A DNA stretch of 63,234 nt, filler included, from Basidiobolus ranarum (Eukaryota), in NCBI GenBank assembly GCA_040143965.1. It is 13 parts of 13 records of this genome, joined end to end, with 100 filler letters (N's around TTAATTAATTAA, not from the genome) between each part and the next. Parts side by side here need not be neighbours in the genome. Positions count along the whole stretch, not along the records: positions 48,760 to 53,522 come from JASJQH010008715.1; positions 53,623 to 58,382 come from JASJQH010008716.1; positions 58,483 to 63,234 come from JASJQH010008717.1; 10 more parts are not named here. One strand, 5' to 3'. A program made the position numbers and the translations under genes. A model generated the notes under the pieces. It made no database searches and was not told the origin of the DNA. It saw only the letters and a list, made by a program, of their open reading frames with translations. Each line of letters opens with the position of its first letter. Position 1 is the stretch's first letter. This document shows, piece after piece, positions 49,643-61,365 of this stretch.

Positions 49643-50622
49643 ATGTATAAAAATATTTGATGAAAACATGTCCTTGGTAAGGTCTACCTGTGTTCATATG
49701 ACTATTGATGTGAGTATCCGCCGTATTGCCACTCTCGAATACGAATACCTTGATATCTCAAAATATACAACAACCATCTTACTCTTGTATGCACCGCTAA
49801 TTGTCAGGAGTAAAATGCTCCACAAACTGAGGAATTTGCTCAATAGTGTGGCTGGGGTTTCGCAAATCGTCAGTAATCTATATATTCAAAATTATACCCA
49901 ATCAGATCAAAGAGTTAGGGTGGAAGCAAAGCACTACTGGAGTCGAAGTGACTTATACTTATTTGCAAATGGAGAATCAGGCTAAAAGCAATTGAATTCG
50001 AGCAATTAGTTGAATAGAGCTGGTTAATTATCGCTTATATGGTGAGAAACAAGCCTAGCATCCGAAGGACCGAAACATAGCTAAAGGAAATGGAGGACAC
50101 TGAAGTTGTGGTAGTGATCTGCCCAGCCAATATTAGTGAGGGAAAGCCACCTATTGATATAATCGTAACGTTGCAATTAATATCGTAATAAAGAAGTCAA
50201 TGTGCTAATTTTCACTTTGTTGGCATCTACATTATAGTTATGAATTGATCATAATATATTGGGAAACACAACCTAGATCTGATATGGTGAATACAGTATT
50301 TAGCGGAAGAGGAGACATATTTGGTGATTGTACTGTATCAGCTATACAGTATCAAATTGCGACTCCGTGTCATAGCAATGCTTTAGCTTACCTCAGCTTT
50401 GAATTTAAAAATTGCTTAGGTATGCATCATTCATGTTTCTTTGATTTCTTGCTTCAAGTACCTTGGTTACAAGACTAGTAACTTCTGGACAACCTTTGAT
50501 TGTATTCTAACAGGAGTTTGAATTGGCGAATCTTGTAATACATCATGCTCATATCCTGATAGTGAACTTATAAATATAAGTATAGTTATGGAGTTGACTG
50601 CTAATAATTATAGATATGTTAG

Positions 50623-51212
50623 CGTTAAAGTATTTTGGGAGCCTGCTGGAAGTGGTTTGGAGGATTAGAGAAATTGGTGGTTTTCATTTATTGATTTATT
50701 GGGCAGAAGGTTGACATTTATACTTTTGTGAAGATGTAAACAAACCAACGTGTTGAATGTGTTAAGGAAGGTTCCAGAAATAGGTGTGCAAAGTTTGGGG
50801 CTTCTAGCACAAGCTTGAAAAATCTATATATCTGAGAACTTCCAAGTAAATTCCTCACAAGAATAGTGGGTGATATCTTAGTATTTAGTTATCCTATACT
50901 TCACTAAGCTATATATGACTATATAGGTGCTTAAGCAATGCAAATTCAGTTCTTAATTTATTCAGTGGAAAAATGACATTTAGAGTTTTTCAAGGAGTAA
51001 GCAAATAAGCATGTAGAATGTAGAATATATTAAAAAGGGTCCTAGGAACTAGTGTGAAAAGTTTGGAGCCTCTAGGACGAGTTCAAAAAATCTATATATC
51101 TGAGAACCTCTAAGTTGGTGGAATAGTAGGCGATAGCTTAGTGAAGTACAAAATAATCAAATACTTAGCTGTATGTGACTATATAGATGCTTAGGCTATG
51201 TTAATTTCAACA
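50623..51212 (-). mobile_element. Tandem LTR A copies (one near full, one partial)
   Basis: Family A core repeated twice, ending TTTCAACA at 51212. Confidence 0.8.
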
Positions 51213-51299
51213 GTATCTTTAATGACTATGTCGATTCCCCTACATGCCAGGTATCTACATTTTACACAAGCTAGAATAATGAATTTAATCTCCATATAG

Positions 51300-52030
51300 A
51301 TCTTTAGGGCTGTACCAACTATTATTCATCCATTTTCTGCGACAACCTTTATTCAACATAGCCTGGTGGATTGATGAGATACCATTTCCTTTATGCCATT
51401 CGGTCTTAGTCAATCACCCATCTTCATTTTGAGCCAGCCCAGATCAGGCACTACTAAACTGTTGAATCTACTGGCAACTAATGAACAGCTTGTGTTAGCC
51501 CTGAAATTACGGGAGTGTACTAACCCGATTCTATGGCCACAGTATTTGGTAGATTACATCGGATTCTATGAGAAGTACTTCAATATTTGGATGAAGAAAC
51601 AACTTTTGTTTACATAGCCAAGTGGGTGGCGTGTTGGAATGGTGAATATAAGCACATCATGGACACATACCCAGATGTACGATGTGCATTTATCTATTGA
51701 AGCCCCGAGGAAAGTCTACCTAGTCTCTTGAAACTTTACAGTGAGGATTCACTGTATTTGACGAATTTTCACCCGCTCCCCATTATTTGATTTAGAGGTG
51801 GCATCATAGGACATATCTATCACAGCCATAGTGAAGAAATTGAGTTTGTAAAGTCTTTGATGCAAAAAAAGGAGCATGTTCACATCGTCGCATTTTCTGA
51901 GGTATATCAGAACATCGAGGAACAAATGGAAAAATTGAATGATTTACTACCGCTGCCTATGTTGGTACAAACAATTTCTTCGAGAAGAGCATAAGAAACA
52001 AGCTCAACATACAAAAATTGACCCTGAAAG
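51300..52030 (+). pseudogene. Sulfotransferase (Sulfotransfer_3 type) pseudogene
   Basis: FNIAWWIDE..FP, 5'PSB motif PIFILSQPRSGTTKLLNLLA, 3'PB region TYPDVRCAFIY*SPEESLPS; stops, frameshifts and a missing middle. Confidence 0.75.
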
Positions 52031-52729
52031 TCACACTTAATGTAAGGAAGAAATTGACCTCCATTGCCTGGATTTCTGTGACCAACTGAATGTATTACAG
52101 AAGTTGGTATCTGAATCAAATGCTGGCACAAACTCTACTGTGGGTGATTTGGATTCCCTGTGGACGGATATTCGAGGCCTTAGCCCTAAGCATACGAAGT
52201 TGATAGGCTGTTTGCAATAAAAATATGTATTTAATCATGGCTATTTACTTATGGCTATTTGCTTAATTATCAGTTTCTGCAATCAGAAGGCTCTAGTACT
52301 GTTTAGATGCATCATCAAACTACTGCAGCAGAGATATACTGGGACCGGGACACACTAGCAATACTCAAGGCATGGCGCATCCTATAAACGCGAAATAACC
52401 GACTATATTGAGATGATTTCTATGTAGTGCTTATATGTGAAGCACAAATTAAACAGATACCAGTTTTACATGCAAGTATCTAGTACAAACATTTATGCAG
52501 AATGATCAGAATTTCCACACTAGACAAATTCCTGGATCGCATGCACTAAATTAGGATGCTCATTTGGGTCAGGAGCTAAGGCTTACCTTATACCGAGAAA
52601 GAAATAAACTAACAAAAAAAACTTACTGTCTATAAAGTATTCAGGATGGCTCTTCTCTACATCATTTTTATTGATCTACCGGAATAGATTCAGCTCCTTA
52701 TTTTCTAGCAGGCTAGCTGGTTTAAAACA

Positions 52730-53522
52730 ATGATTTTCTCTAACCTTTCTCTTCCCGCTTTCGCTCTATTGGCTCTTGCTCCTTATGCTCTCGGACATAT
52801 GGAAATGGTTCAGCCTCCTCCACGTCAGTCAAAGTACAACCCTACTTATAAGAGCACCCCTGACTACGATATGGTCGCTCCATTAGATCCTGGACGCTGG
52901 CCTTATCCTTGCCGTGGGTATGGAAAAGGTGGCGTGGTGGAAACCGTCAAAGCAGGAGGAAGTATCCCAGTCAAGATTGGTGGTGGTGCTCCGCATAATG
53001 GAGGTCATTGTCAATTTGCTCTATCATATGATGATAAAACATTCGTTGTCCTTAAGGACATCTTTGATGACTGCTTAATTGCATCTCGTGACTACAGTGT
53101 TCAAATCCCAGCTGGAGCACCTAGTGGCAGGGCCACTTTTGCTTGGGCTTGGATTAACAAAACTGGTAATCGCGAATATTATATGAATTGTGCTGATATC
53201 CAAGTTCAAGGTACTCCATCAGGTTCTATCACTGGACCTAAGCTTTTGGTTGCTAACCTTCCTGGATATGTTACCATTCCTGAGTTTGCTAATGGTGGCT
53301 ACAGTGGCAAGGATTTATTTCCCAAGAGACCAACTGTTAAGGTTACCGGCAATGGCAGCGATGTAATTACTCCAGAACCTTCTAAGCCTACAAAACCTGT
53401 CAAACCTGGGAAGCCTACAAAGCCTGGGAAGCCTGTCAAACCTGCTAAACCTATCAAGCCTACAAAGCCTGTCAAATCCACCAAACCTACTGAAACCCCA
53501 AAGCCTGGTAACGGTGATAAAG
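52730..53522 (+). CDS. AA11-like lytic polysaccharide monooxygenase, secreted, 3' truncated
   Basis: Signal peptide then His1 (HMEMVQPPPR), YPCRG, APHNGGHCQFALSYD, WAWINKTGNREYYMNCADI; (KPx)n linker. Confidence 0.88.
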
Positions 53523-53683
53523 NNNNNNNNNNNNNNNNNNNNNNNNNNNNNNNNNNNNNNNNNNNNTTAATTAATTAANNNNNNNNNNNNNNNNNNNNNN
53601 NNNNNNNNNNNNNNNNNNNNNNCCCTCGGTGGTAGAGCTATGAAGTGCAATACGCGAGACAACACATAGTTGTTGCAACTCAA

Positions 53684-53755
53684 TTCAGACTACTCTCTAT
53701 TCGATTCACTCTTTTGTCTATTCAGACTACTCTATTCGATTCACTCTTTTGTCAC
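53684..53755. repeat. About 35-bp tandem duplication
   Basis: TTCAGACTACTCT(CT)ATTCGATTCACTCTTTTGTC twice. Confidence 0.85.
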
Positions 53756-54481
53756 TGTGATTCAATTAGGTTTCGTTTAATGGTTGTTTCAATTACGTCA
53801 GTATCTTGTATACTGCATTTCGAACCAGTAAAATGAAAATCCGGTTAGCTATTTTCACAGCACCAAGGTTGCCTATATAAGCACCATCACACTTCGTAAT
53901 AACGTACTAATCCTGGGTACATCATCTGTATATATATATATATATACTAGTTCTATAAATAAAAACTATATTTCCTCTCTTCATTTGATTTACCATAAAA
54001 AGAGAAAAAAAGCCCCTCCTTTGTATTAGGACATATTGTAGGTGCTGTATAGTCTATCAAGGTTCAGTTTCAATGTTTGTTTAACCTTGTCCACGCCTTA
54101 TCTGAAACTAGATTCCAAGTTTTCGCCCACCTATTTAGATACTTGACCTATTTGGATACTTATTTAGATATGGAATTCTAATACGCACCTGACTTTGATT
54201 GGGGTTACAGATGCGGATATTTAGATAAACCAACGCCTTCATTACTAATACTTTTGTGGTCACTGTTCAGTCATTGCACGCTTGTAGTCACCTCATTTGC
54301 CAGTTATTTATTTAACAGAGTTAAACTTCCAAAAGACTGTTGTATCCATTTACACGATGCTACGTGCAGATCAGTTTTCAGTATTATTTATAAATAGTCA
54401 TTGTCTGAAAATTGGTCTCGTAGTATTTAGTGAATCCTAATTTTTTGAAATTGTTCATATTACTTGTTAAATCTAGTTACC

Positions 54482-56026
54482 ATGTCAATTTCCTCAGCCA
54501 ACGGAACTCTTCAATCACATATTGGTCGTTCGATTTCTCCTACCTCTTGTTGTCACCAACCTTCCACTAGGTCAATATTTGTATTCTCCGGTGGTTCTGC
54601 TTGTAATTCACTATGTCAAGTATTGCAATCCATAACTATAAATACCTCTTACTTTCTTGGTGTTTCTGATAACGGTGGTTCCACCGTAAGTACTCTAACC
54701 GTTTCTAACATTCTCAATGTTGTTATCTTGTATTAATATTTTCTTAGAGCGAAGTACTTAGAGTAACCGGCGGGCCAAGCATCGGTGATTTGAGATCACG
54801 TTTAACTAGATTGATTAATATCGAAGACGGTGATGCCGAAACGATAGCCGAGCGTAAAGGTATAAAAGAGCTCTTAGGTTACCGTTTACCCGAAAGAGGA
54901 GAAGAAGCTTCTATCCGTCAAGAGTGGACAGAAATCGTTGAAGGAACTCATAAGTAAGTGTTCCGCAGATTTAGCATAGTTCAATCGGTATAAAATAATA
55001 ACAGTATTACCGAATTATAGATTATGGAACGAAATATCAGTAGAGAAAAAAGAAACCATACGCGGTTTCTTGACATTATTTCATTTTGAAATTCTTAAAC
55101 GTGCTCATAAACGTTTCGATTATCGTAATGGCAGTATTGGAAACTTTTTTCTTACTGGTGCAAGGTTATTCTTTAATTCACTAGAAGCGGCAATCTTTCT
55201 ATTTGCTGCTATTACTGGTATTTCTGAACCGACCACAGTGGTTCCAATGATCAGTACTAATCACTTGGTAACTATCGCTGCACTACTAGAAGATGAATCA
55301 ACCATAGTCGGTCAATGCGAGATTTCACATCCATCTATCCAACCGAAGGTCGGGGACACACTAACAAATAACGTAAAGGATAATCACGTATTAGCCAAGG
55401 TTAATTCGAATATTGTATTCGATAAGTATGACTGTGGAAAACTACCGGCTCGTATCGAGCGTATTTATTACATTAATGAATATGGACAGGAGATATTTCC
55501 TGTTGCCAATCCCAAATCCATACAGTTCCTCAATTCTAAACATACTTTACTCTACTCCATCGGATCTCTCTATACATCAATCATGCCTTGCTTGGTACTG
55601 CGTGGAGTTGGAAATGCTATCGCCAATTCACCTTCACTGCGTAACAAGATACTGATGTTAAATGGGTCACATGATAGAGAAGTGGATGGATACACAGCTA
55701 TCGACTTCATTCAAGCAATCACGAATGGTCTGAACTTTTCTAGACAAGTGGATGCTTCAGCTATACACGCGGAGTGTAAATCACCCACCGTCTTAACTGA
55801 GCAAGCATTGACCTTTCCAATCTCACCAAGCATCAATCCTGAGCCGGCTAGCAAGTTTATCACCCATCTCATATACTTGGATAATTCCCAGATTCACGTA
55901 GATCTTAATGAAGTTCAAGCATTGGGAATCATTCCTATCAAGGTGCCTGGCTCTTTGGATTCTCAGGGAAGGCCCATATATGAACAGAATGAGATTTGGG
56001 GAATTCTTGATGAGTTGGTTCATTAG
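54482..56026 (+). CDS. CofD/YvcK (UPF0052) family protein, YNL011C-like, 3 exons
   Basis: VFSGGSACN, GVSDNGGST|SEVLRVTGGPSIGDLRSRL, SIGNFFLTGARLF, YSIGSLYTSI, LMLNGSHDRE; introns 54686-54747 and 54954-55020. Confidence 0.9.
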
Positions 56027-56306
56027 TTTTTGAATCATGGTTAAATAAATGTGTATATTTGTATTTAGATGCAGTTTATTTAATGGCGAACTATATTTAG
56101 TACAGTACAATGAGGGTATGATAGGCAAGAAGTTTCGATGAATGGAATATACTGACAATCTTGGACAATGAATGAAGTCAAATCTGGTACTTGAAGAATG
56201 CGATAGTGTACAAATTTAGCCCGGACTATAATACAGAATCCGTATTGAGAAACATTCCTAATCATGAGGATAGGTTATGCGCCGTAATACAGGTTTGAAG
56301 GCAATC

Positions 56307-57158
56307 CTAATGGTTTTTGGGGTTAAGTGCAAAGGCTGATAGACCAACTACAAGCGCACCACCAACAATGTTACCCAGTATAACTGGTATCATATTCTTG
56401 ACGATGAAATCAGCCACAGTAACCTTGGCACCATACATCATTCCAATGGGGATATAGAACATGTTGGCAATGGAGTGCTCAAACCCACAAACGGTAAATG
56501 CAAATCCCGGCCACCAGAAACAGATGAACTTTCCTGTAATATCTCGAGCAGTAAGGCCGAGATACACACCAAAGCAAACAAAGGCGTTGGCTGGAATGGC
56601 TTTAAGAAAGGCAACACCAAATGAGTAAGTAATTTTATGCTCAGTATTGTGAATTATCCAACTCAACCAAGGCTCCTCAGCGAATTGGTGAGTAAGGTAG
56701 GCAAATAAATAGGCAGTAATCAATGCGCCAGCCAGATTGCTGAAGAAAACTAAGAACCAATTCCAAGCCAAATGTAAGATGGATATCTTGCGATGAATTA
56801 AACCAACAAACATGATCATGGTGTTGCCAGTAAACAAGTCACCCCCGAAGATAATGATGAAAAGCAGAGCACTGGAAAAGCAAGCGCCAAAAATTATTTT
56901 CTGAACGGAGGGGTAAGCAGCCGTAAAGGTAGGATCTAAGCCACCTCCAGTAGTGTAAGCAAAAGTACCAACAAATGCAATGAAGAATCCTGCCATGAAA
57001 CCATGCATGCACTGCCCATACCAGGTCCTTTTAGCTTTATGCGCGGCAATGTTGGCTATCTCATGTTCGACCTCGGCAGCGGTGTTAAACATGCGGGGTA
57101 GAGAAACGGATTGATCTTCATTTCCCAGAAGATCCTTTTCGGTGAATGGAAGAGACAT
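56307..57158 (-). CDS. Formate/nitrite transporter (FNT), intronless
   Basis: GFMAGFFIAF, GGDLFTGN, NLAGA, FEHSIANM, LGNIVGG; six TM helices. Confidence 0.95.
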   Translation of the reverse strand: MSLPFTEKDLLGNEDQSVSLPRMFNTAAEVEHEIANIAAHKAKRTWYGQCMHGFMAGFFIAFVGTFAYTTGGGLDPTFTAAYPSVQKIIFGACFSSALLFIIIFGGDLFTGNTMIMFVGLIHRKISILHLAWNWFLVFFSNLAGALITAYLFAYLTHQFAEEPWLSWIIHNTEHKITYSFGVAFLKAIPANAFVCFGVYLGLTARDITGKFICFWWPGFAFTVCGFEHSIANMFYIPIGMMYGAKVTVADFIVKNMIPVILGNIVGGALVVGLSAFALNPKNH

Positions 57159-57967
57159 GTTGTAATGCGTATGTTTTGTATAATAATAACGAATTGAATG
57201 CATATCGACAGCGTAGTGCTCCTTTATATATTAAAAGTTATTCCACTACATGTGAAGTTAAACCATTGCTTGCTCAAAATAATGAGAAGTCACAACGTTA
57301 TGAAGTACTCTTTCTGGATACTATCACAAGCCATTGGGTTGTTCATTTAGTCATTAAAAGGCGGAGGTTCCTGAGGAAACCATCCAGATTTAAATAAGAG
57401 CAACTTGATGTAATCCTTTGGTCCGATTAATCGATTTGTGTGGAATAAGTAAGCCGTTTTAGTCTGGACTGATGGGATTGTGGGGTATTCAGTAAGCTAG
57501 CCCTAGTATTAACCTTAATAAATATCCCAACCGTACTGCGCAATTGCGAATTCTTCCACTTGGCCATTGGAATTAAGTCTTAGATTACTTGATCTTGAGA
57601 TGGCATAGAAATATAACAATATTGCTTAACCTAGATCGACCCTATCCCATATTTCATTGAACTCCACAATTACGTCTAGACTAGTCGTACTGAATAGGTC
57701 TATTTGTAGAATACTCTTAGTCCATAGATCGTCTCTGGTCTCGGTTGAAGTCTATAAATGGAGAAGTGGATATTGTATGTGGTGTATGGTGTGTGGTGTC
57801 GTAATACGAATAAGTAGAGATTGTGATTAGATGATAAGTGCGTAGGTGATTAAATTTGCGTTTATTTGAAGTGAACAAGGTGGTATATATGATATACTAA
57901 GCTTATTCAATTAAGCCCTATGTAAGGTATATTTACATTCTAAAAACATGGTGTGAATAAATCTCTC

Positions 57968-58382
57968 TTAGTCATGTTTAGGATTTAGACCATATGCTGT
58001 GAGGCCAACAACAACTGCTCCACCAACAATATTACCAAGTCCGACTGGAATCAGATTCTTGACAATGAAATCAGCCACGGTAACCTCGGCACCATACATC
58101 ATTCCAATGGGGATATAGAACATGTTGGCAATGGAGTGCTCAAACCCACATACAGCAAAAGCAAATACTGGCCACCAGAAACAGATGAACTTTCCTGTAA
58201 TGTCTCGAGCAGTAAGGCCGAGATACACACCAAAGCAAACAAAGGCGTTGGCTGGAATGGCTTTAAGAAATGCAACACCGAAGGAGTAGCTGATCTTGTG
58301 TTCAGCGTTGTGAACAATCCAAGTCAACCAAGGATCTTCCGCAAACTGATCAGTGAGATATGCAAAGAGGTAGGTGGCAATT
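57968..58382 (-). CDS. Second, tandem FNT paralog (5' truncated by contig end)
   Basis: High protein similarity to the 56307-57158 gene; FEHSIANM, LGNIVGG. Confidence 0.92.
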
Positions 58383-58783
58383 NNNNNNNNNNNNNNNNNN
58401 NNNNNNNNNNNNNNNNNNNNNNNNNNTTAATTAATTAANNNNNNNNNNNNNNNNNNNNNNNNNNNNNNNNNNNNNNNNNNNNCCTCATAATATATATAAA
58501 TAACAATTTCCAATACATACAACTTGTTTATTAAATTACCCAATAAATGTAGTTTCAATCATCCAACGCTTAAATTATGACCTCTTCTCGATAAGTAACG
58601 TTATGGCTGGCCTAATTGGTGCATGGAGGGACTTTTTTTTCAGCTGCAGTGATTTTTCATTCTAATACGTGTAATTTGTCAGGTGTTATACGGTCACAAT
58701 ATTATCTTTCTTATCAGTGGGAATTTCATTCGTTTCTTCATTTTAAACATATACAACTTACTGTCGATATTCTAGTTTGAATC

Positions 58784-61106
58784 ATGTCTGTTGTATATTA
58801 CAAATTCAAATCTGCCAAAGACTACGACATCTGCACTTTCGATGGCACTGGAATATCTGTCTTCGATCTCAAAAAGGAGATCATAATGGCCAAGAAGCTA
58901 GGAAAAGGGACCGATTTCGACCTTGCCATTTATAACGCGCAAACAGACGAAGGTAGTGTTACTATTACTTTCCTTTTTATCAGGACAACTTTTAGCTATT
59001 TGGAAACGTGTATATGGTTACCGTTATTTTTAAAAGTTATTGGTTTTCGAGCAAGAACCAAAAAAATAAACTTTTGTCACGTAACAATTAAAAAGCAAAG
59101 ACAAGCTACTTTAGGTGGTTTTTCATATTTATTCCATATTTCATATGGAGTAAGCGTACGCTCGTCAAGTAGTAATACCAGTGATTTGGGCTGGATAAAT
59201 TCAACCTATACTTCTTGTCTTTACAATATACACTTCCTGTTGTCCTTTTCAACCTATTTGGAAATCCTCATTAATTACTATTTGAAAAATGCTTAGAATA
59301 TACCGATGATGCTTTCATCGTTCCTAGAGCCACCTCTGTTATTGTGCGTCGATTACCTGCTTCAAAACCTGGCAAAGGTACAGCCCAGCACTATGTAAAT
59401 GGACACGGGTCAAATCCACAAGGAATCATCATGAAACCTCGGCCGCGAGGAAATGTCGGAGGGTATAAAGTCTTTATTTTGATACCTTTCTTTCTATAAG
59501 GTCTAAAGCTTTTCTCTTAGGAATAATCATATTGATAACCAGCCTGCTCCGGTATGAGTATAAACGTGAGGGTTTCTATTATAAGTTTCATTAGTAACAG
59601 GATTATTATAGGTAATCAATAATCCTCAACCGTCGGTTCCTATTGATGAAGATTCTGAAGAAGCTAGAATTCAAGCTATGTTCAGACAGAGTAGTGAGCA
59701 GTGGGAGCAACAACAAGAAAGAATGGCCGAGTAAGAATATTTTGGTTTACCTTTTACTTTTCTACACTTTCACACTAAACTACATCTTCATTAGCGCTAC
59801 ACCAATCATGACATCTTTCAAGAAGCGTCCACCAAATACTAATAGTATGCCAATCAGAGCACCTCCTCCTAGTTATGTATGCTTTCGTTGTGGTCAAAAA
59901 GGTTAGCAACTATATGATGCATTGACTGTCTTCAGATTTGTTAATCTTTGCTTATCGCGCGGGTGCAGGTCATTATATCAACAATTGTCCAACAAATGGT
60001 GACAAAGAATTCGACAAACCTCGTATAAAACGAACCACTGGTATCCCAAAGAGCTTTTTAAAAGCGGTAGATGCACCCAAAAACGCTCAAGGTGGAGTGA
60101 TGGTTACCCCTGATGGTGGTCTTGTAGTTGCTCAGCCTGATTCGTAAGTGTTTAACAGATCCTTCTAGTTAATCTCTGCATCACTAGACATTCATCTCCT
60201 TAATTGTTAGTCAAGCTTGGGAAAAGATTATGGCTACTGCTCGTTCATCCATTACTTACGATCAAATCCCTGTGAAGCCAGAGTTGAGTTGTTTTCTGTG
60301 TTCAGGCTTACTAAGGGATGCAATGGCTATACCTTGCTGCGGCAAGATCTTTTGTGATGAATGTAAGTGCTTTTTTCGACTTTCTTGTGGATGTATCAAT
60401 GCTCATCTTAAATTACCTAGGCATTCGTTGTGAATTAATGGAGAATCAGTTTACCTGTCCATCTTGTTACGCAGCTAACCAGACACCAGACCATCTGATA
60501 CCCAATAACGGTCTACGTGCCGAGGTTGAAAGCTATGTTCGAAATTATGCAGCATCCAAAGCAACAGGCTTAGCTCCTCCCAACAGTGTACCTACCGACA
60601 CCAGAACCAACCCCATATCTACCGTTGGTGGATCTGAAGCCAGCACCAAGAAGATCAACCCTCAAGAAGGCTTCCAACGATCAGGTGCCCCCTCCTCAGA
60701 TGCTGTCAATCTGACTAACATCCCTTCTAGCAGTGCTGCTCCACCACACAAGAGTAATCCAATCAGACCACACCATCCGAACTATAATCGTAATTTCCAG
60801 AATCCTATTCCATATTATCCACAAATGCGACCTCCACCTTTTTGGAATGGTCCTCCTCAACCTTTCATGATGAACATGAATAGACCACCACCACCACCTA
60901 TGGATTACTATCGTCATTTTGGGTACAGACCACCTACGTATGGAAACAACTTTAACAAGTATCGCCCAGAAGACCCAGAGCAATATCAGCAACCCAATCG
61001 TTATGCTAAGAACAGTAAACGTCCGCTAGACGTGGTGGATGTACATGCTGGCGCTCAACAACCAAGAAAGAATCCTCGAGGTGATGATGACAGAAGCGAT
61101 AGATGA
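58784..61106 (+). CDS. MPE1: Mpe1/RBBP6 cleavage and polyadenylation factor (DWNN, zinc knuckle, RING/U-box), 8 exons
   Basis: VYYKFKSAKDYD..FDGTGISVFDLKKEI, PRATSVIVRRLP, YVCFRCGQKGHYINNCP, RIKRTTGIPKSFL, CFLCSGLLRDAMAIPCCGKIFCDECI..CPSC. Confidence 0.95.
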
Positions 61107-61365
61107 ATGCTTCATTTTTATGCTTTTTATACATATCTCCAGTAACGTCCAGCTGCCCTTTTTCAAATAGATTCATCATTGTTTTTAATCAATTCAGTCC
61201 TAGTTCATACATAAAATCCAACTTTCAATGTTGATTATTTATCTCCCTTGATCATTACTGACATACAAGAGAACATTCACACACCCAACTCAATTCTTTG
61301 CTCTGCTTTGTTTCTTTTATTTTTAATCCAAGCATTTGAAAATAAATTTCAATCAAATTAATGTG

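Noticed and set aside
51694..51702. In-frame TGA as possible selenocysteine or readthrough
   Set aside because: It sits where a conserved Arg is expected (CGA to TGA) in a gene with many other lesions
9772..53522. Chitin/glucan gene cluster (CBM19, CBM5/12, GH17, AA11)
   Set aside because: The genes lie on different size-sorted contigs, so there is no evidence of linkage
53623..53670. Continuation of the AA11 gene after the gap
   Set aside because: Different contig; the short peptide is not identifiable
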